Positions 12,041-26,500 are shown, counted from the whole stretch's first letter. The stretch: DNA of 56,121 nucleotides, filler included, from Sphacelaria rigidula (GCA_964200075.2; 5 parts of 5 records of this genome joined end to end with filler, not necessarily neighbours in it), one strand, 5' to 3'. The notes: a model not told the origin generated them from the letters alone. Made by a program: numbers and translations.

Positions 12041-12962
12041 CCCACCTCATGTAGTATATCTTTCGACGGTTTAGTACTGTATTTTCAGTTCAAGTCAAGC
12101 GTCACTTTGCTTGTGGATTTCTCCGCCATGTCTCGAGGAACTGGCCTTCAACTTGGCACAGAGGTAAACCACAACGTAGATTGCGGAAATAATAATCATA
12201 ATAAGATAATAATAAGATAGCATATTCCCGGTTCGGCGGCACGTGTTGGGGGGGGCGTAAGACGCACCCCAGCAAATAAGTGCAGAATTTGGGCAATACC
12301 GTCGATATGCCCCGAGAACGTCGTCCCAGACTGCGTGAGACGTCAGTGGATGCATATGTTGACACGCTGATGCGCTCACTTCCACATCATCACCTGCTGG
12401 GTGGCTCCTGCACCGGCAAACAAACATTGATGCGTATTGGGCACACTGGATGGTGTCATTCTACGCGGTACCGATCTTGGTATCGCCTGTAGAGGTGCCA
12501 ACTCCAGGATGCACGGCCGTCCAAGCGCTGTCAGTGCCTTTATGCGCTGAAACTTCGACCACATGTCATGTAGACAACAGACGACAACCTCATCTTACTG
12601 AATCTGGGGTTGCGCAGTGTATGCGTGCGTATGGGGGCGAAAATATGTCGGATTGTGTCCCTTTTTCTTTCCTTCGTTTGTCGTAAGACCAAGAATGATG
12701 ACTGTACGCCAGCCAGCGTCGGCCGCTCTTTTTCGCTGTGCCAGGTGCAAAGGGTATGACTCTGGCTGCTAGAGTCATACCCTTTGGCCAGGTGCAGGAA
12801 ATGGCCACAAAAACCTCAGGAGGTCTGAATTTAATTCAATGTATAGGATACCCCACAGCCGTGTGCGAGCAGAGCCATTTCGGTATCTGTTTCGTCCAGC
12901 ACCAGTGATCACGTATCTGTGTGGAAGTGTGAGGACACTGACTGGCTGAGGGGTTACACAGT

Positions 12963-15900
12963 ATGGCGACATGGGATGGCTCAGGGATGACACAGCAGGA
13001 CTTCATGATCAAGGATGAGGTGACCAGCTGTTGACCGTTGTTCTCCCACAACTATACTAGAAACCTCACCCCACATGCTCAGCTCATTTTGTTCTAATAG
13101 TGTCTCTTCTGATTTTGGCGTGTGGAGGCGCACCCGTCCTGACGATAGGGTAGCGCACACATGCCTTCCACTTTATGTCAAAGTTGCCTTGTGTAAGCCC
13201 ATTTAAGGATTTTGTCCGAGAGCTAAGCCGTTCATATTTGACCAAAAATGATAATTGTGCGATCAGCGATGTTTGTTCCAGCTGCTCTTGGAAGACGTCG
13301 CAGAGCTGTAGGGTGGCGGCGAAATTCGGTTCTGTACCGCAGTGCACAATCTGCAGCGCAGTCAGCATCACCTTCGAAGTGGAAGCATCTTTTCAAGTAC
13401 CTACCCCTGGTATTAACGCAAGACGCAAGACCTAGCCCAGTTGGCCAGTTGGTATCCCACTTTGTCCGAAAGCGAAACGCCGTTCTTTTCATGTGCAACC
13501 CAACCACCCCTCTGCGCGCTGGCGGACTTCTCTGCTGGCAACGTCAAGGTGATCGCGCTCGACGAAAACGACCAAATTGTGGGGCACGTGAATAAGTATC
13601 TTTCGCATCGGTTTGTGCCTGGCACACCGAGAGGAATTCTACATCGAGCCTTCTCGGTGTTTCTCTTCGACCAAGATGAAAACCTGCTGCTGCAAAAGGT
13701 GCAGTGCAATCTGTTACTTTTGTGCGGGAACCAGCTACAGTGAGGGGCCCGATATAGTGCGCGTGCCCGATATAACGCGGGTGAAATCGCTTGGCACAAC
13801 TTAGATAGACCCCTCTATAGTGCTCGTGCCGCACTATTGGGGCACTCCTATATAGTGCGAGTCTGACGTCACCCCCGCCCATATGCGGTCAAACCAACAC
13901 GCACACACGCACAAATCACCACACAACCACGTGAAGTATAGAGTACAGGTACAATATTTTGACGCGTAGAGCGATTTGCGTTTTGCCGCACGCACAGAAG
14001 TTACTGCTGTCGGGGGGGGGGGGTTGGCCGGGTCTAGCGGGTGCCTGACTTCCGCGTGTGGTTAAGGAGTCGATTAGTCGAGAGTTGGCGCATTTTTCTT
14101 CGTACATTCAGGCCGACTTCGATGACCTCTTCTTGAAGCAACAGAGGTAGAGGGTGCGAGAAGTAGGGACTTTCGGGATGGACCCTTTTTGCTTGCCGGG
14201 TTTTTTTTCCAAAGGTGTCTGGGTCCTGTTGAAGACGTCGTTCCGTTGCGCAGGTTTAGGTTTCGTGTGTAGCCTGAATTACATTGTGAATCCCTGTGAT
14301 TTTTTTCGTAGTCAACAAGTGGTGGCGAAAGCATACTGAAACAACCATGGGACTTTGCACACGCAGCCAGTTGGTACGCCCAACCTGCGAACATGTCATG
14401 AACGATTTCCTGTACAGTACTCAACCACTAGTATCATTTTACTCACGTTCAGGATGCGGATTCGCCTTTGCGACATGCTGTCCTCTTCTCACCACGAACA
14501 GACGCAGGATTCAACACGTTGTTTGCGTGCGTACACCTTGTTGTTGGTTGTTTCCTATCCTTTAAACAAGTGATATCCTCAATAGTGCGCCTTCTCGCAC
14601 TATTCAGGCCCAATTTTATATAGTGCGCGTGCCCACTATAGTGCGGGTTTTACCTCGTGGTTCATACCCGCACTATATTGGGCCCCCACTGTATCCATAT
14701 GCCGTTCATTTGAGCGTCTTAGATGTCAACGTGCAGTCGTTATGCGTAGGTCAACGTGAAGCTGTTCACTCCTTGTCCGGGGAGGTCACGTCGTCTGGGT
14801 CTTGTTCTGATATTTTGAGTTAGATTCATCCCGAATCAACACATGGCCTGTGCTGGCTGGCGGTCGAGGAATTCTCCCCTAGACGGCGAGAGTAGGTCAT
14901 TCTGCTGAATCGGCGGCAGTTTCACTTGAAAATGTATGCATGATCCAGATAGACTACCCTCGCGGCCCAATAGTTGAGATGAAATAGTGTGTCCGCATAG
15001 CCACCGGCCCAAAAGTTCTTTCGTGATGTTCATTACACCTTTGAAGGCTTGCGCAATGCAATAGCGGCAGCCCGACGAAGAAATTTGCCGTCGTTTCGTA
15101 GCATACTGCTTGCGGTCGATCTGGGCTCATGATACTGTAAAGTCCTCTTTGTAGTGCCGCGAACAAGGCCTGGCGCCATTTCACCCACGAAACACCGACA
15201 CCCCCCCCCCCTCGCCTGTATGCCCACCAGCGTGCATCTACCAAGATTACGTTCCCGAATGTTTGGACAAACACATGCTGCTCCCACCCGCTATTTGGCT
15301 ACGATCCCCGTGAGGTGAGCCCGTGAGGTGAGGTTGAGGTTAGTGCACATGATCGAGAATACCTGCCTTATGGTACGTGCACGCGCTGTACGGTGAATGT
15401 CTCTCTTGTGTTGGAGGTTCAATGGGAGGTATCATGTGGTCAATAATATCCCCTTGTTGGCCAAGAATGGTGACGCAGTCCGAGAAACCGCGGCTAGGGG
15501 TAGGAACCAACTGTCGTGCACGGCAAATTATGAAACAGGAACTCGTGTCCCGATGATGTCGGCATGCGTTCATGCTCTCGAGACATGAGTGCGGGATTTC
15601 TCTCTAGAAGAGGTAGTGCAGAGTATAGCAGCTGCAGCGGAACCACGCTGCCGCAATGCTTGGCCCCGGTTTGTGCAAAGGCAGAAAGCGTGACAACCTT
15701 TCGAGTTCACGGATGACAAGACGTTGTCTTCTGACTGGTCATCATTTCGGCTGCACCCTCCCATCACCGTGTCAGATGCCTTATTTATGATTCACAGACG
15801 CCCCATGGCTGGGGAGAAATGGCAAGGCGTGGCCAAAAACATAGCAGCGGAAGGTACTTCCCGCGCGCACTCCCACTAGCATAATCAAGTCATGAACGGA

Positions 15901-18900
15901 GAAAAAAATGTCGCAGAGCACCAGCACTACGGGAGTGGGCGGTCTGACTATTCAGGGGTGTTGATGTGTTTTCCTCGCGTACCACTCTTCAATATTACTC
16001 GAAATTCGTAGCGTCGGTACATTTTGGTACAGTAAACAGATCATCCTCGAAATACGGTGCCCAAGTCAGTCTTGGTTGGTGTCATCGGGCGATACGAGTT
16101 AATACCTCGTTTATCAGGAGGGTGTTCTTGACCGTGAAACAAAGTTTTCGGGCTCTAGTGCAATGAGTAGGTGAAAATTTAGAGAAAAAAGAGTGTACAT
16201 TTCTTCCCAAATATTATCGGGATAGGCTCGATCGATCGGAAATACCGAAGAGTAAGAATCTGAGCTGAAACGTGACAAAACCCCCGATGACCGGTCAGCC
16301 CGTAAGTCACCCAATATTGAGTACAGACAAAAAAAATTCCTTGGAATGTGGAGAGGGTACGAACATCTTTGGATCCCCAATGTGATAAGGGGTGGCAGGC
16401 GAAAACAGCCCAAGAAAATCGCCAATTAAGGAAAAATCACGAGATGACACAAAATGAATAGTAAAACCGCCCACTTCTGTATATCGGCTACTCCCCCTAG
16501 CACTTTCAAGCGAACGAAAGCCACTATGGTGTATCAATAGAGGTTGCTGGCAAGAAAACAAACTGGTGTATTTTGTAAGGATGCGCGATCATGTTTTCCA
16601 ACCGGTGGACAGGTGGGCATGGTCACCCGAACTACGGGGTACCGGGTGCATATAATATCCGCCCACCCTTTGTCACCCAAAACTACCACGTCACCCCGAT
16701 CTTGTTTTCAACCCACGCTTTAATGTCACGTGCTTTGCCATATTAAGTCAGGGCAAAGAAAACGGCATTGAAATAGCGAGGGCAATGCACCGTTATCATC
16801 TGTACTACAGTCGCACTCGAAGTACGCGGTACAAAAGTAAGTGCCTGATTTATGTCGGGTGAAGAACAAAAACACTGAAGTACCCGATAGGAGGCCGGGT
16901 AGTGAAATTTACCGGCCAATCGGTACCAGCCGTAATGCCCAAGTTACCTTATTCTTGGTCCAGCGCAGCGGCGGCATGTGGGTGCAGCAACCACAAGGCA
17001 CCAAAGCACCACCTCTCCGACGGTGTAGGGCCTCTTGTTGGTAGTGCTGAGTGCCATTGTCGGATGGCGTGTGTACCGCATACGGTGTGTGCTGATGATA
17101 TGTGTAGTACCTCTCGATACTAACGTACCGGATGTGCATATGCAAAAGGCATTGCAATCATTAATCGCGGGTGCCATCCCCAGCGCTTCCGCCCATGCAC
17201 GAGTATGAGAGTGCTTCATTTTGGTGAAAAAATGCTGATACACAGATAAAAGAACGTTGACCCTGACCTCATCGAAAAAAATTCACGTAAAGTTCTTCAC
17301 CGAACAGATGATGAGCACTGACGACATGAGTGGCAAATCCCTCGATTTCAACACACGTTTTCAGCAAGCATTTGATGAAGCACCGAAGATCTCATGGGTG
17401 TAGGTGGCAGGTAGTACTTTAATTCCAAACGCGCAATTGGTGTGTCAGCAGGAAAATCTTGTGACTATTTTTTCAAGAAATATGGTCGCAGTGTGCCCTG
17501 CTGGGCCTCGACAATAACAGGTGTTGTCACCTCGAAATCACGGCCACGAGCAAGCCAGTGCGAAATGACATCTTGTATGCACGTTATTGTATTCTGATGT
17601 CACAGGTGGATCAACCGGCTGACGTAGCAGACGGATCCGTCCCAGGGGTCAAGAACGCTGCCGTGCGCAAGTTGTATCACGAGCTTGGAATTCCGGCGGA
17701 GTACCTCCCCATGGAGTCGTTCAAGTTTCTGACTCGCCTGCACTACTATGCAGCAGATGCCATTACTCACGGTCCTAACTCGCCCTGGGGAGAGCACGAG
17801 ATAGATTACATCTTATTTATACAGGTGAGTTTTGGAGCAAATTGTCCGTCATTAGTGAGCGAAATCACGTGTCCAAAAATGGCCATTGCGGCAGTGATTG
17901 GCTCCCTATCGTGCCTTTCGCGACCACACGTAATTTCCACCGAGGTCGAGACGAGGTACTGTGACTCCATACCATACCTCGAAAAGGCTTGCCTCTAAAA
18001 TAGCGGGACAGCTCAAAACTACTCGCTCCCCTCGTCGTGGTTTGAAATTCCAGGTAGACCGATCCATCCCAGTCAAGCCGCACCCCGATGAAGTTGATGC
18101 TGTCAAGTGGGTATCCTTGGGCGAGATGGATGCTATGATGGAGGACCCGGGTGCGTGGTTGCACGACCGTTTTCCCATGTCTTCCAAGCTTGGGACAGTA
18201 AGCAGTCCACGTTTCCTACGTCATTGTTGTTCGTTTTGGAAACTGATTCCCAGTACTCCGATTGAAGTTGTCGAACTGCTTACGCTGGCGTACGCTGGTT
18301 CATGCCCGGCTTGAACATGATTCAGGCCCGAGAACTCCATACGCTTGGCTTACGTACAACGTTTGTTCGCAGCTCCTTGTGACACTCAGCACGTCTCCAC
18401 GACGTGTAAAATAGCATTCGCAGAGGTTCAACGCATGAACAGAAAGGCTCTGTCTTGCTTTGTTTTTTCAGCTGATGTTCTGCGTGTATGTGAGGAAACG
18501 CGAGGGGCAGCTATGATGAGGACGCGTTGACTACCCGGAAAGAGCGGTTCTACTCGATATAGCGTCCACCGACACAAGTACACACGTCGCGCATCGCTAG
18601 GATGCCAGCGGTATCGCACAATGTGACTGCGGATGCACAAGTGCAAAGTGCTTGTTCTGCTATTATCATGGTGCGTTACTCATGTTCATATCTGTATAGT
18701 TGACGAGTGCGTATTTGCGTCATCGCGTTTGTGCTTGGCCTCAGCCAACCTGTGGTCTCCCTGGTTCCGCATCATTGTTGAGCGGTTTGCTCGAGAGTGG
18801 TGGCAACACCTATCAGACGCCCTCAAGACTGACAAGTACGTGGACACGGTGAACATTCACCGATTCGATCCACCTGCGAGGTATCGTGGAGGAGCAGGCG

Positions 18901-21883
18901 TTACAGGTTTGCTGGAGGAGGGTACTGCGACTGCAAAGATTGAGAAGTGAGTTTTTTCATCAAGTCAGGTAAAGGTGACAAACACAGAACACGGAGGAAG
19001 CAGAGCTACGCCGAATACCCACAAATACAAGGGTGAGAATCAAGCAAAGCCGTATCGAGACCGTAAATATGGTGCAGGCTCTGCACGCCAGACCTTGCTT
19101 TCTGTGGTGCGAGGCATGATGCGCGATGAAACGAAAGATGCTTGACGTTGTTTGTAAGTCGTAACCATAGTTTTCTAACAATAGTTGCACTTCGTCGCGA
19201 GCTCTCCAGGTCGTTGCCGCCATGGCCCCACATATATCCGTACCGCACATCAAATATGCCCACATCACCGCTTGCGATGGACTGAGTCATTGCGGTGGCG
19301 CCATCCGCGGCCATCAAGTGTATGTCTACCGCATCGCTGAATGGTTCACGCGTTAGCACCGACTTAGTATAAGACTAGGGGCGCCTTTCCCATGCATTGG
19401 TGCATGGCTGAACATACGTCAAGCAGACGCTGCATGTGTTTTTTCATTCGCCAACTTTGAGCGTACATTGATCACGTTTCCCTCCTGATTCCGCAGGTCG
19501 AAGAAGCAGGGGGCTTACGGAAAGGTTCCCGTCATATCTCCCGGGAAGGTGGCGCAGTTGTCACATGTGGATGAGGTAATGCCGGTTTCTCTGGAGTGCT
19601 TACCTTCCCGTATGTGCGTGGGTCGGCTTCAAAGGATGGAGATATCCATGGTCTGGGCGCGTGCGCAATAATCATCTCATATCTTGCCTGTAGGGCACAG
19701 TCGTACCCATCACTTTGCCGAGTTTCGAATTTTGAAGGTCCTGAATTAAAAAATACATTCTTCCACTTGTTCACAGATATGCAGCTAGTCATGGATTATG
19801 CGGTGGGATGGGGTCAGCTCGCTCACACACAACCGTGCACGTCATGTCGTGTTTGGTCGACTTGTATGCAGGTCTTTGCAGCGTTGTTGTACAAGGCTAA
19901 GGGCTCTTCAAGTAACGTTGATCGGAGTGATCCTGATGTTGCTTTCTGCGACGACATGCTGTGCAAGGTACGTGCCCGAGGCCACAGTTACCTCACATCA
20001 GTCAGGTTGGTACTACAGTACACGACTCTGAGAACAGCGAGGTAGGGGCAACTTTCGTGTCGTAGTTTGAATATGAAGAGCAGGGGGCGACGGCGCTGCC
20101 ACCAAAACGCGCTCATCTTATGGGTCGTCGACCGGGTGCCAAGTACAAAATATACTTGTATCTTTTTCAGCTCACGGCTTACCTGGGGTTGCAACGTTCG
20201 ACCTCGTTATATAACGTCGGTCTGACCGGAGTGCACAGCATGAAAAACGACTCATGACCCTACCCGGCCACCCAGCACGCTCTTATTATAATACATTATT
20301 CTATTTGATCCACCGATAGCATCTTTTTCATCGGTGTCCTGGTGGCATTTGTATTTGTTGCAATATCTCGCAGGTCAGCCGTTCTTTCGCCGCAGTGATT
20401 CAACAATTACCGAAGATACTGGTGCTTGATGTGCTTGTGTTTTATCTAGTGCTGCGTGGGCTGGACACCGTGGAAGACGACATGACCGCGTTCAAGGACG
20501 CCCAGGTGACTATAAAAGGCCGGTTTGCTGTCACCGCTTGCTCCCTATTTACTCAGCACGATCCCGTGACGTCAGACAATCGGTGGTGTCTGATAGCGCA
20601 AGTTGTATCACGTTGTGAGTGCGGCGTGTAGCGCACACTTCCTGTATTCGATTACTGTACGATATTTGGACATGCACAACACACATGCACAATCTCTCTC
20701 GCCTACCGATCGGATGATGGATGATCGATATTGCCATGTCCTCATCAGCGCCTTCTTCGTCTGGAACAGGTGAAAATAGACTTACTAACGAACTTTCACG
20801 AGACAGCACTAGTGGACAAGAATTGGAAACTCGAGGGAGTTGGAAATGGCGACGAGCGTAAGCTGCTTGAGCGTTTTCATTCTGTGACAGGCGTCTTCCA
20901 GTCTCTACCGCCGGCCAGCCAAGAGGTATGTAAGTGCGGTTGCACGCACCGTGTATCGGAATCGCATATCACTTGACCCACTATTACTATATACTAGACT
21001 AAACTATACTGTACTTGAATACTGTATTCTGATCATAATCCAGTCGTGGTCACAAGATGAACCCAAAAGTGTATGATGAATGAAGAGAAATTGGCGTGTT
21101 GCCTAATGAAGAAAGAGCCTCGTCAAAGGGGGAAAATGAAAAGAAGAGAAACACGAAAGTAAATCGAAAACGAGAGGAAGACGAAGGGAGGGAAAGAGGG
21201 AGAGAGAGGGAACGAAACAAGAGAAGGATAAGACAAGACGCGAGAAATATGCCCTTTGCTACCATGTAGTCAGTAGTGATGAGTACCGATCCCGAGAGAA
21301 AAAGAAATAAAAAGCTACTTCATGGTTTCCGGTAAGGAGGCCGCACAAAAAACGAAACACTAGAAAAGATAGCATGCCCGTTCCATCATTATGGACGGTG
21401 AGAGTTGAACGCGGGAACGGTCTGGGCTAGGGTATCGTGGCATAACACCCCTCATGCCTCACGGTCCCACCTGTTGGTGGTCCGCACCGGGGTGCGATCT
21501 GCACCCCAGTTTGTTTTGTACTAGACATCCGGTGCAAACTGGATGGGGTATTGACGGGATGTCAAATTTGTTCTGTGTCGATCGATACTACCGGCGGTGT
21601 TCGTTATATAGGCCAAGGCGAAGAAACTGTATCGTACATGTGACTTCGCCGTCGCTCCTCTGACGCGTGATCGCTAGGTTATTACGGATATCACTAAGCG
21701 CATGGGGGCCGGGATGGCCGAGTTCGTGTGTAAGGACCTTGGTCAAGGCACTGTATCCACAGCGGAGTACAACAAGTACTGCCATTACGTGGCTGGGCTC
21801 GTCGGAGATGGACTGACTCGACTATTCGCGGCTACTGGTGTTGAAGGACCTGAAGTACTGAATGCTCCGAACCTTTCCAACAG
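12963..21883 (+). CDS. IDI-SQS: Isopentenyl-diphosphate delta-isomerase / squalene synthase fusion protein, 3'-partial. Exons 12963-13019, 13549-13698, 15231-15314, 17606-17824, 18054-18150, 18745-18946, 19497-19575, 19872-19967, 20374-20505, 20770-20925, 21678-21883
   Basis: All junctions are GT-AG and phase-compatible (1478 nt). Type I IDI motifs: [53 protein letters not shown]. Linker [13 protein letters not shown] motifs: [34 protein letters not shown]. The remaining SQS exons are not found before the scaffold end. Confidence 0.95.
13738..14691. mobile_element. Tc1/mariner (pogo-like) non-autonomous element in IDI-SQS intron 2
   Basis: TA|CAGTGAGGGGCCCGATATAGTGCG...CGCACTATATTGGGCCCCCACTG|TA, with repeated subterminal TATAGTGCG motifs at both ends. 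Confidence 0.8.
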
Positions 21884-22390
21884 GTGAAGTGCGTTGAAAG
21901 GGGATACACTAATGATTTTCGACGCAGGACGCAGGTCTTCGAGCATGCCTAACGTCCGGTACTTGAATGCAGGAATATTATGAATGGGACTCTGTCATGA
22001 TGAAAAATTGAGACGGCACCTGCTAATCAGATTGTGCTCCCTCACCTTCCCGCGTTCCCAGCGAGATGATGAAGTTACGGTCTTGATAGCGCACATTTTG
22101 CAGTGCAAGAGACGATGTGACGGAAACACGGCAGAACACATGAATGGTCGAACGGAGTTGGTCGACTGCCATGAAGCGGCAGCACGCACGTAGCTTCAGC
22201 TGTTGGAGTGAGATATTGCCAACTTACTCGAAAGGGTGTTTGCTAGGGTTGGAGACTGGACCCAGTATTTACCGATAGTATTCCTGTACTGCGTCAGAGG
22301 GTGCCAGTACAGCCAGTACACGCCCATCTTACGTACGTCCTATATCATGCCTCCTAAACCACTTGCAAGCCCACCGAAACTGCGCCGCAT

Positions 22391-22490
22391 NNNNNNNNNN
22401 NNNNNNNNNNNNNNNNNNNNNNNNNNNNNNNNNNTTAATTAATTAANNNNNNNNNNNNNNNNNNNNNNNNNNNNNNNNNNNNNNNNNNNN
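22391..22490. other. Artificial scaffold-joining spacer
   Basis: N44-TTAATTAATTAA-N44. Confidence 0.97.
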
Positions 22491-22650
22491 GACTCGCCGA
22501 GCACAACACGGCGCTCCGCGCTTGGTGGTTTGAGTGCGAGCCTCGTCCGGTGAAAACCCGGCGTGCTCTGTCCCGGCTTTGTACGGATGCGAGGTCAATG
22601 GTCTTGTGACTATGGCATGGATGATCATGAGTACCCCCCCCCCTCCCCCC
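22491..22650 (+). mobile_element. Retroelement 3' end, family A
   Basis: Matches 6895-7175; ends ATGAGTAC followed by a C run. Confidence 0.7.
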
Positions 22651-23217
22651 CAAAAAAACTCAAGGAAAATGACGGTTTCGGTTGGCGCTGCAAACCCACA
22701 GAGTCGGTATTATGCGCTGAAAAAATATATACGTGATTCAGGGGCACCAGGTCGACAAAAAGATGATAGGGTATCATCGCTGTGCGGGGAAAGCAGGGTT
22801 CCGGGCTTGAACCTCATTTCATCGCACCACCTCATTTTATAGAATTGTTTGTTAATGGGTGTTGGTATTTCAAGTAATATAGCAGAAAACTAGCGAAGGT
22901 AAAAACGAGGGAGTGTACCATATGGAACAATATCGTCTTATACGAATGAGCAAGGCGCAGGAGAAAACATGATGGACACGGATTTCAATAAGGTGAGCAC
23001 AATACGCACGCGTCAGCCAACCCGCAGGAAGCAGGAAATACATTTTCTACGCCACTGTTGCTTCGTGAGGCGTATGAGGGCCGTTCAAGAATTTGTGTCG
23101 CACTTTGTTACGTCTTAGTCTACTATGTCGTTCTGTTCGACTTAGTTTTTCTTCTGCTCCTTCTTTTCTTCGGCGAGTGTTTCAGTTTTGTTTTTGTTGG
23201 GTACGTCTACCATGAGA

Positions 23218-23290
23218 CCACGGCTGGACCCCTGGGGGGTCAGTTAAAGTGGACAATCAAATAAAATCAAATATAATCAATCAATCAATC
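23218..23290 (+). mobile_element. Short retroelement 3' end with (AATC)n-like tail
   Basis: CCACGGCTGGACCCCTGGGGGGTCAGTT followed by AATC repeats. A second copy lies on the minus strand at 42690-42753. Confidence 0.55.
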
Positions 23291-23516
23291 TCGCGGATTT
23301 TGGCATCAATAATTGCCATGATCGACTCCGGTGGCGTCAGAAAAATCACACTCCTGGAAACCTCAACAATCACCAAGTTGGGAACCGCAGGGCACGGTGA
23401 CGTCCGACTACTCGAAAGAATGCTGAAAATCAGTGACAAAGGCATTATGGTTAGACGGCCTTGGGAACACGACCGATTCGAGGATAACACGGCAGTCTAG
23501 TAGGAACACGTCATAC

Positions 23517-26500
23517 TTGCCCGTTACACAGCAGCAGTGTTGCAGCAGCTGGAAGCACTCGTCTGTCGGCACATTGCGGGAAGCGTCTTCGGAAACGTCG
23601 TGCTCTTCCTGCCCGGCGGCGGGGTCGGGACCGTGACTGTCCGGTAAAAGGTCACTGTTCTTCACAGCCCTGAAAATGAAAGTACGTTGGTGATATGGCC
23701 CAGGTGGTCGGCAAGAAATCTAATCATGAACTCTCGCGATATCAATGCCGCGTGCGATCGAGGAAAAATACATTACAACGGTGCAGAGTCCGAACATTTC
23801 TCGCGAGCTTCTTCATTCTACGCTCACCAACGTACGCTGAGAAAGCATCAACGGTCCTACTAGAAAGTCACCGTCTACGTTCGCGGCCGGAAAACGCCAT
23901 ACTATGCCTTCAACGTTCGCTGAGTGTACTTGACTTGGTGGATCTTTCACGGCGGGAGGGGGGCGTAGCGAAGAGGCAGCGGTGCATCCAGGGAATCAGC
24001 CAGCCGATAGGAGAGTGTCTTGCTTGAAAGACTCTCACCTCAACCAGCGGTACACCCGCTTCAGGTCACGATCAGGCGACAGCTGCACCGAATCGTCCAC
24101 GATCTCGGCTACCTCCATATCAAGAGCGCTTGGTTCCACCTGTTCGTTTCCGAGATTGTTAAATACAAAAAGGGTAACGAACGAACCTGAGCACAAGCGA
24201 TGGAATGCGGGCGTCTGAACGAGTCTCCGTAACATGGTTGCTACAATGTCCACCAGTTGTGGGAAATACACTGCACACGAGAACGACAAGTATGCACGAG
24301 GTTTTCCCAGCGTAATTTTCTGCACGTAGATGTTTTTCGCCTGTGCGGTTTAAGCGCATAACTCGGGGTAGGAGTGATGCTACGGTAGGGGTGCACACAC
24401 ATTTCTGAGGTTAGAATTGTTAGGAGTCTTCTATCTCATCCAAAACACGATTTAAAAAACATATGAGAGTACACCAGGATTACTGATTCAATAAGCTAGG
24501 GATATCCCGAACGAATGTGCAAACGAGGATGCCCTGACCCATATGATTGTGCATCTATAATCGTAAGGAGCCCTGAACCAGACACGGTTTTGCGCAAAAA
24601 GTGCATCCCTACCACAGCATTTCTCGTAAGGAAGTGTGCTCATGTATTCACGAAGTGCAACCCATATATAGGAAAATGCTCCGTGGACAATGCCCAAGAG
24701 AATGAAATAGAAACGGACGACCTGAAAAGATGCTCTCGCTCTTCTTTGGTGGGGATGTGACATGCAATCGGAGTGGCAAGCCGTTCGCGCGGGAAAAGAT
24801 TGTTCCACCAGCGAGAGCATAGTGAAATAATGGCCGATGGAGCACTCCCTGATATTTCGTTGAAAAACTAAAACCTTACGCCAGGCGGCACAGTCACGGT
24901 GATAGCTTGAAAACGTCCATTTCATGACTACTATGCTCCGACCACACCGACCTTGAGCATCACCGTCGGCAACAGATGGCAGAAGTGCAGAGATTCTGCG
25001 ACGCGGTCGCCTTCCGAGTTAGGGACTTCCACGAAAAAGATATCCTCCGATTGTCGTGCCAGAATATCTCGCGTAAGCGGATCCCTGCCACGAAAATGAG
25101 TACCGTCGAGGAAATGTTTTGATCACGCTAATCGTTTATCCAAACGAATTGAATACTTGCTGCGGTTTGTTGGGGTACACGCAATGGTGCATCAGCACGA
25201 TTCTTTGCGAGCGTTCGCCGAGCTAAGATGTACCATGTCTCTACATTATTCCAAACACGGGCTGACCACAAAAGACCCGAGGCAGCAGTAGCACTCCCTG
25301 GCGGCCCCCAAATGTGAACCCAAGTACCCATAATAATCATCCATACGAATGTGATCCGGCAAACGCCGTCGGATACAATCACGGTGCGTACGCAGACTGA
25401 ATCTTTCTGCACTTGAATGTCAAGAGCATGACGAATGAAACGCCGGAAAATTAGAAGAGATATAAAGTGAAAGATACCATCTCACAGAGTAAACAACGTT
25501 GGGAAGGCGTAGGTGCCGATACCCGCGAAAACTTCGACGCGATGCTGGTGCACCGCCCAAATTGTTCCAACGTATCCGATGAATCGGCGAAGTGCCGGCT
25601 GACAAAACATGCTTCGTTGACTTCATACACACACAACGTCTCACCGGACGCAGCCCTCGATGAGGAGCTGGAAGAGGAAAGTGTTGCAGTCTGTGGGGGG
25701 CACATGCCCTAAATCGAGATGAACTGCGCGCGGTGTCGCGGGATTAGCCGCTCTAGATTTTAAAGCCTGGTGAAGGCCTCGGGGTGTGAACGACTCTCCC
25801 ACGGGCATCCGCACGTATTGTGGGGCGACGGACGTTGCTGCCTGAAAAAAGGCGCGCACGCGAAGACAGTAGGAGCATGCAGATAGGGAGGAAAATCGGC
25901 CATTTTCTCCTGTTCACCGTTTCCAATCGAGACCATTTTGGCATGCATCACCAACGTTCTACCGTTTTCACGGTACGACTGGTCCGTATCGTGTGCGCTT
26001 CTTTGTAAATTTTTCGTACAGGACAATACGTATAATAAGCACGACCATAAATGTCTTGCAAAGAGGGCGGATGCCAGCAGCATCGGCTGGCTGCAACCTC
26101 GCGCCTATCATGCACCGCATCCGTGACACAGACGATAGCATAACAGGCGAGCGTCAGCCCATGTTGTCCCACATCAGCCCCATTCCCCACCGTCGCAGAG
26201 TATCAACATGTTGAGAACGTGCATGGAAGATGCACTCAGGCTGTATTACCTTTCGTGGCTTTCAGAGCAGGTCAGTCGTTGAGTTGGTACCATACTTTAC
26301 ATATAAAATGACTATGACCCAGATGACCCACCTCGCGTCAACTGTAGAGGATCAAACTTTAGTGTCGGCGACGACGTACGTTGAAAAGTCTGTGTTCATC
26401 TCTTCACGGGAAACGTCACGAGTCACTAATCGAACCTACGGACGCCCCACCTGCTTCATGATGTAGTGAGTCTTCCCACCCCCGTTGGTGTCGCTTCGGA

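Noticed and set aside
12095-12808. Divergent minus-strand gene upstream of IDI-SQS
   Set aside because: Only short ORFs with no recognisable domain or convincing splice chain.
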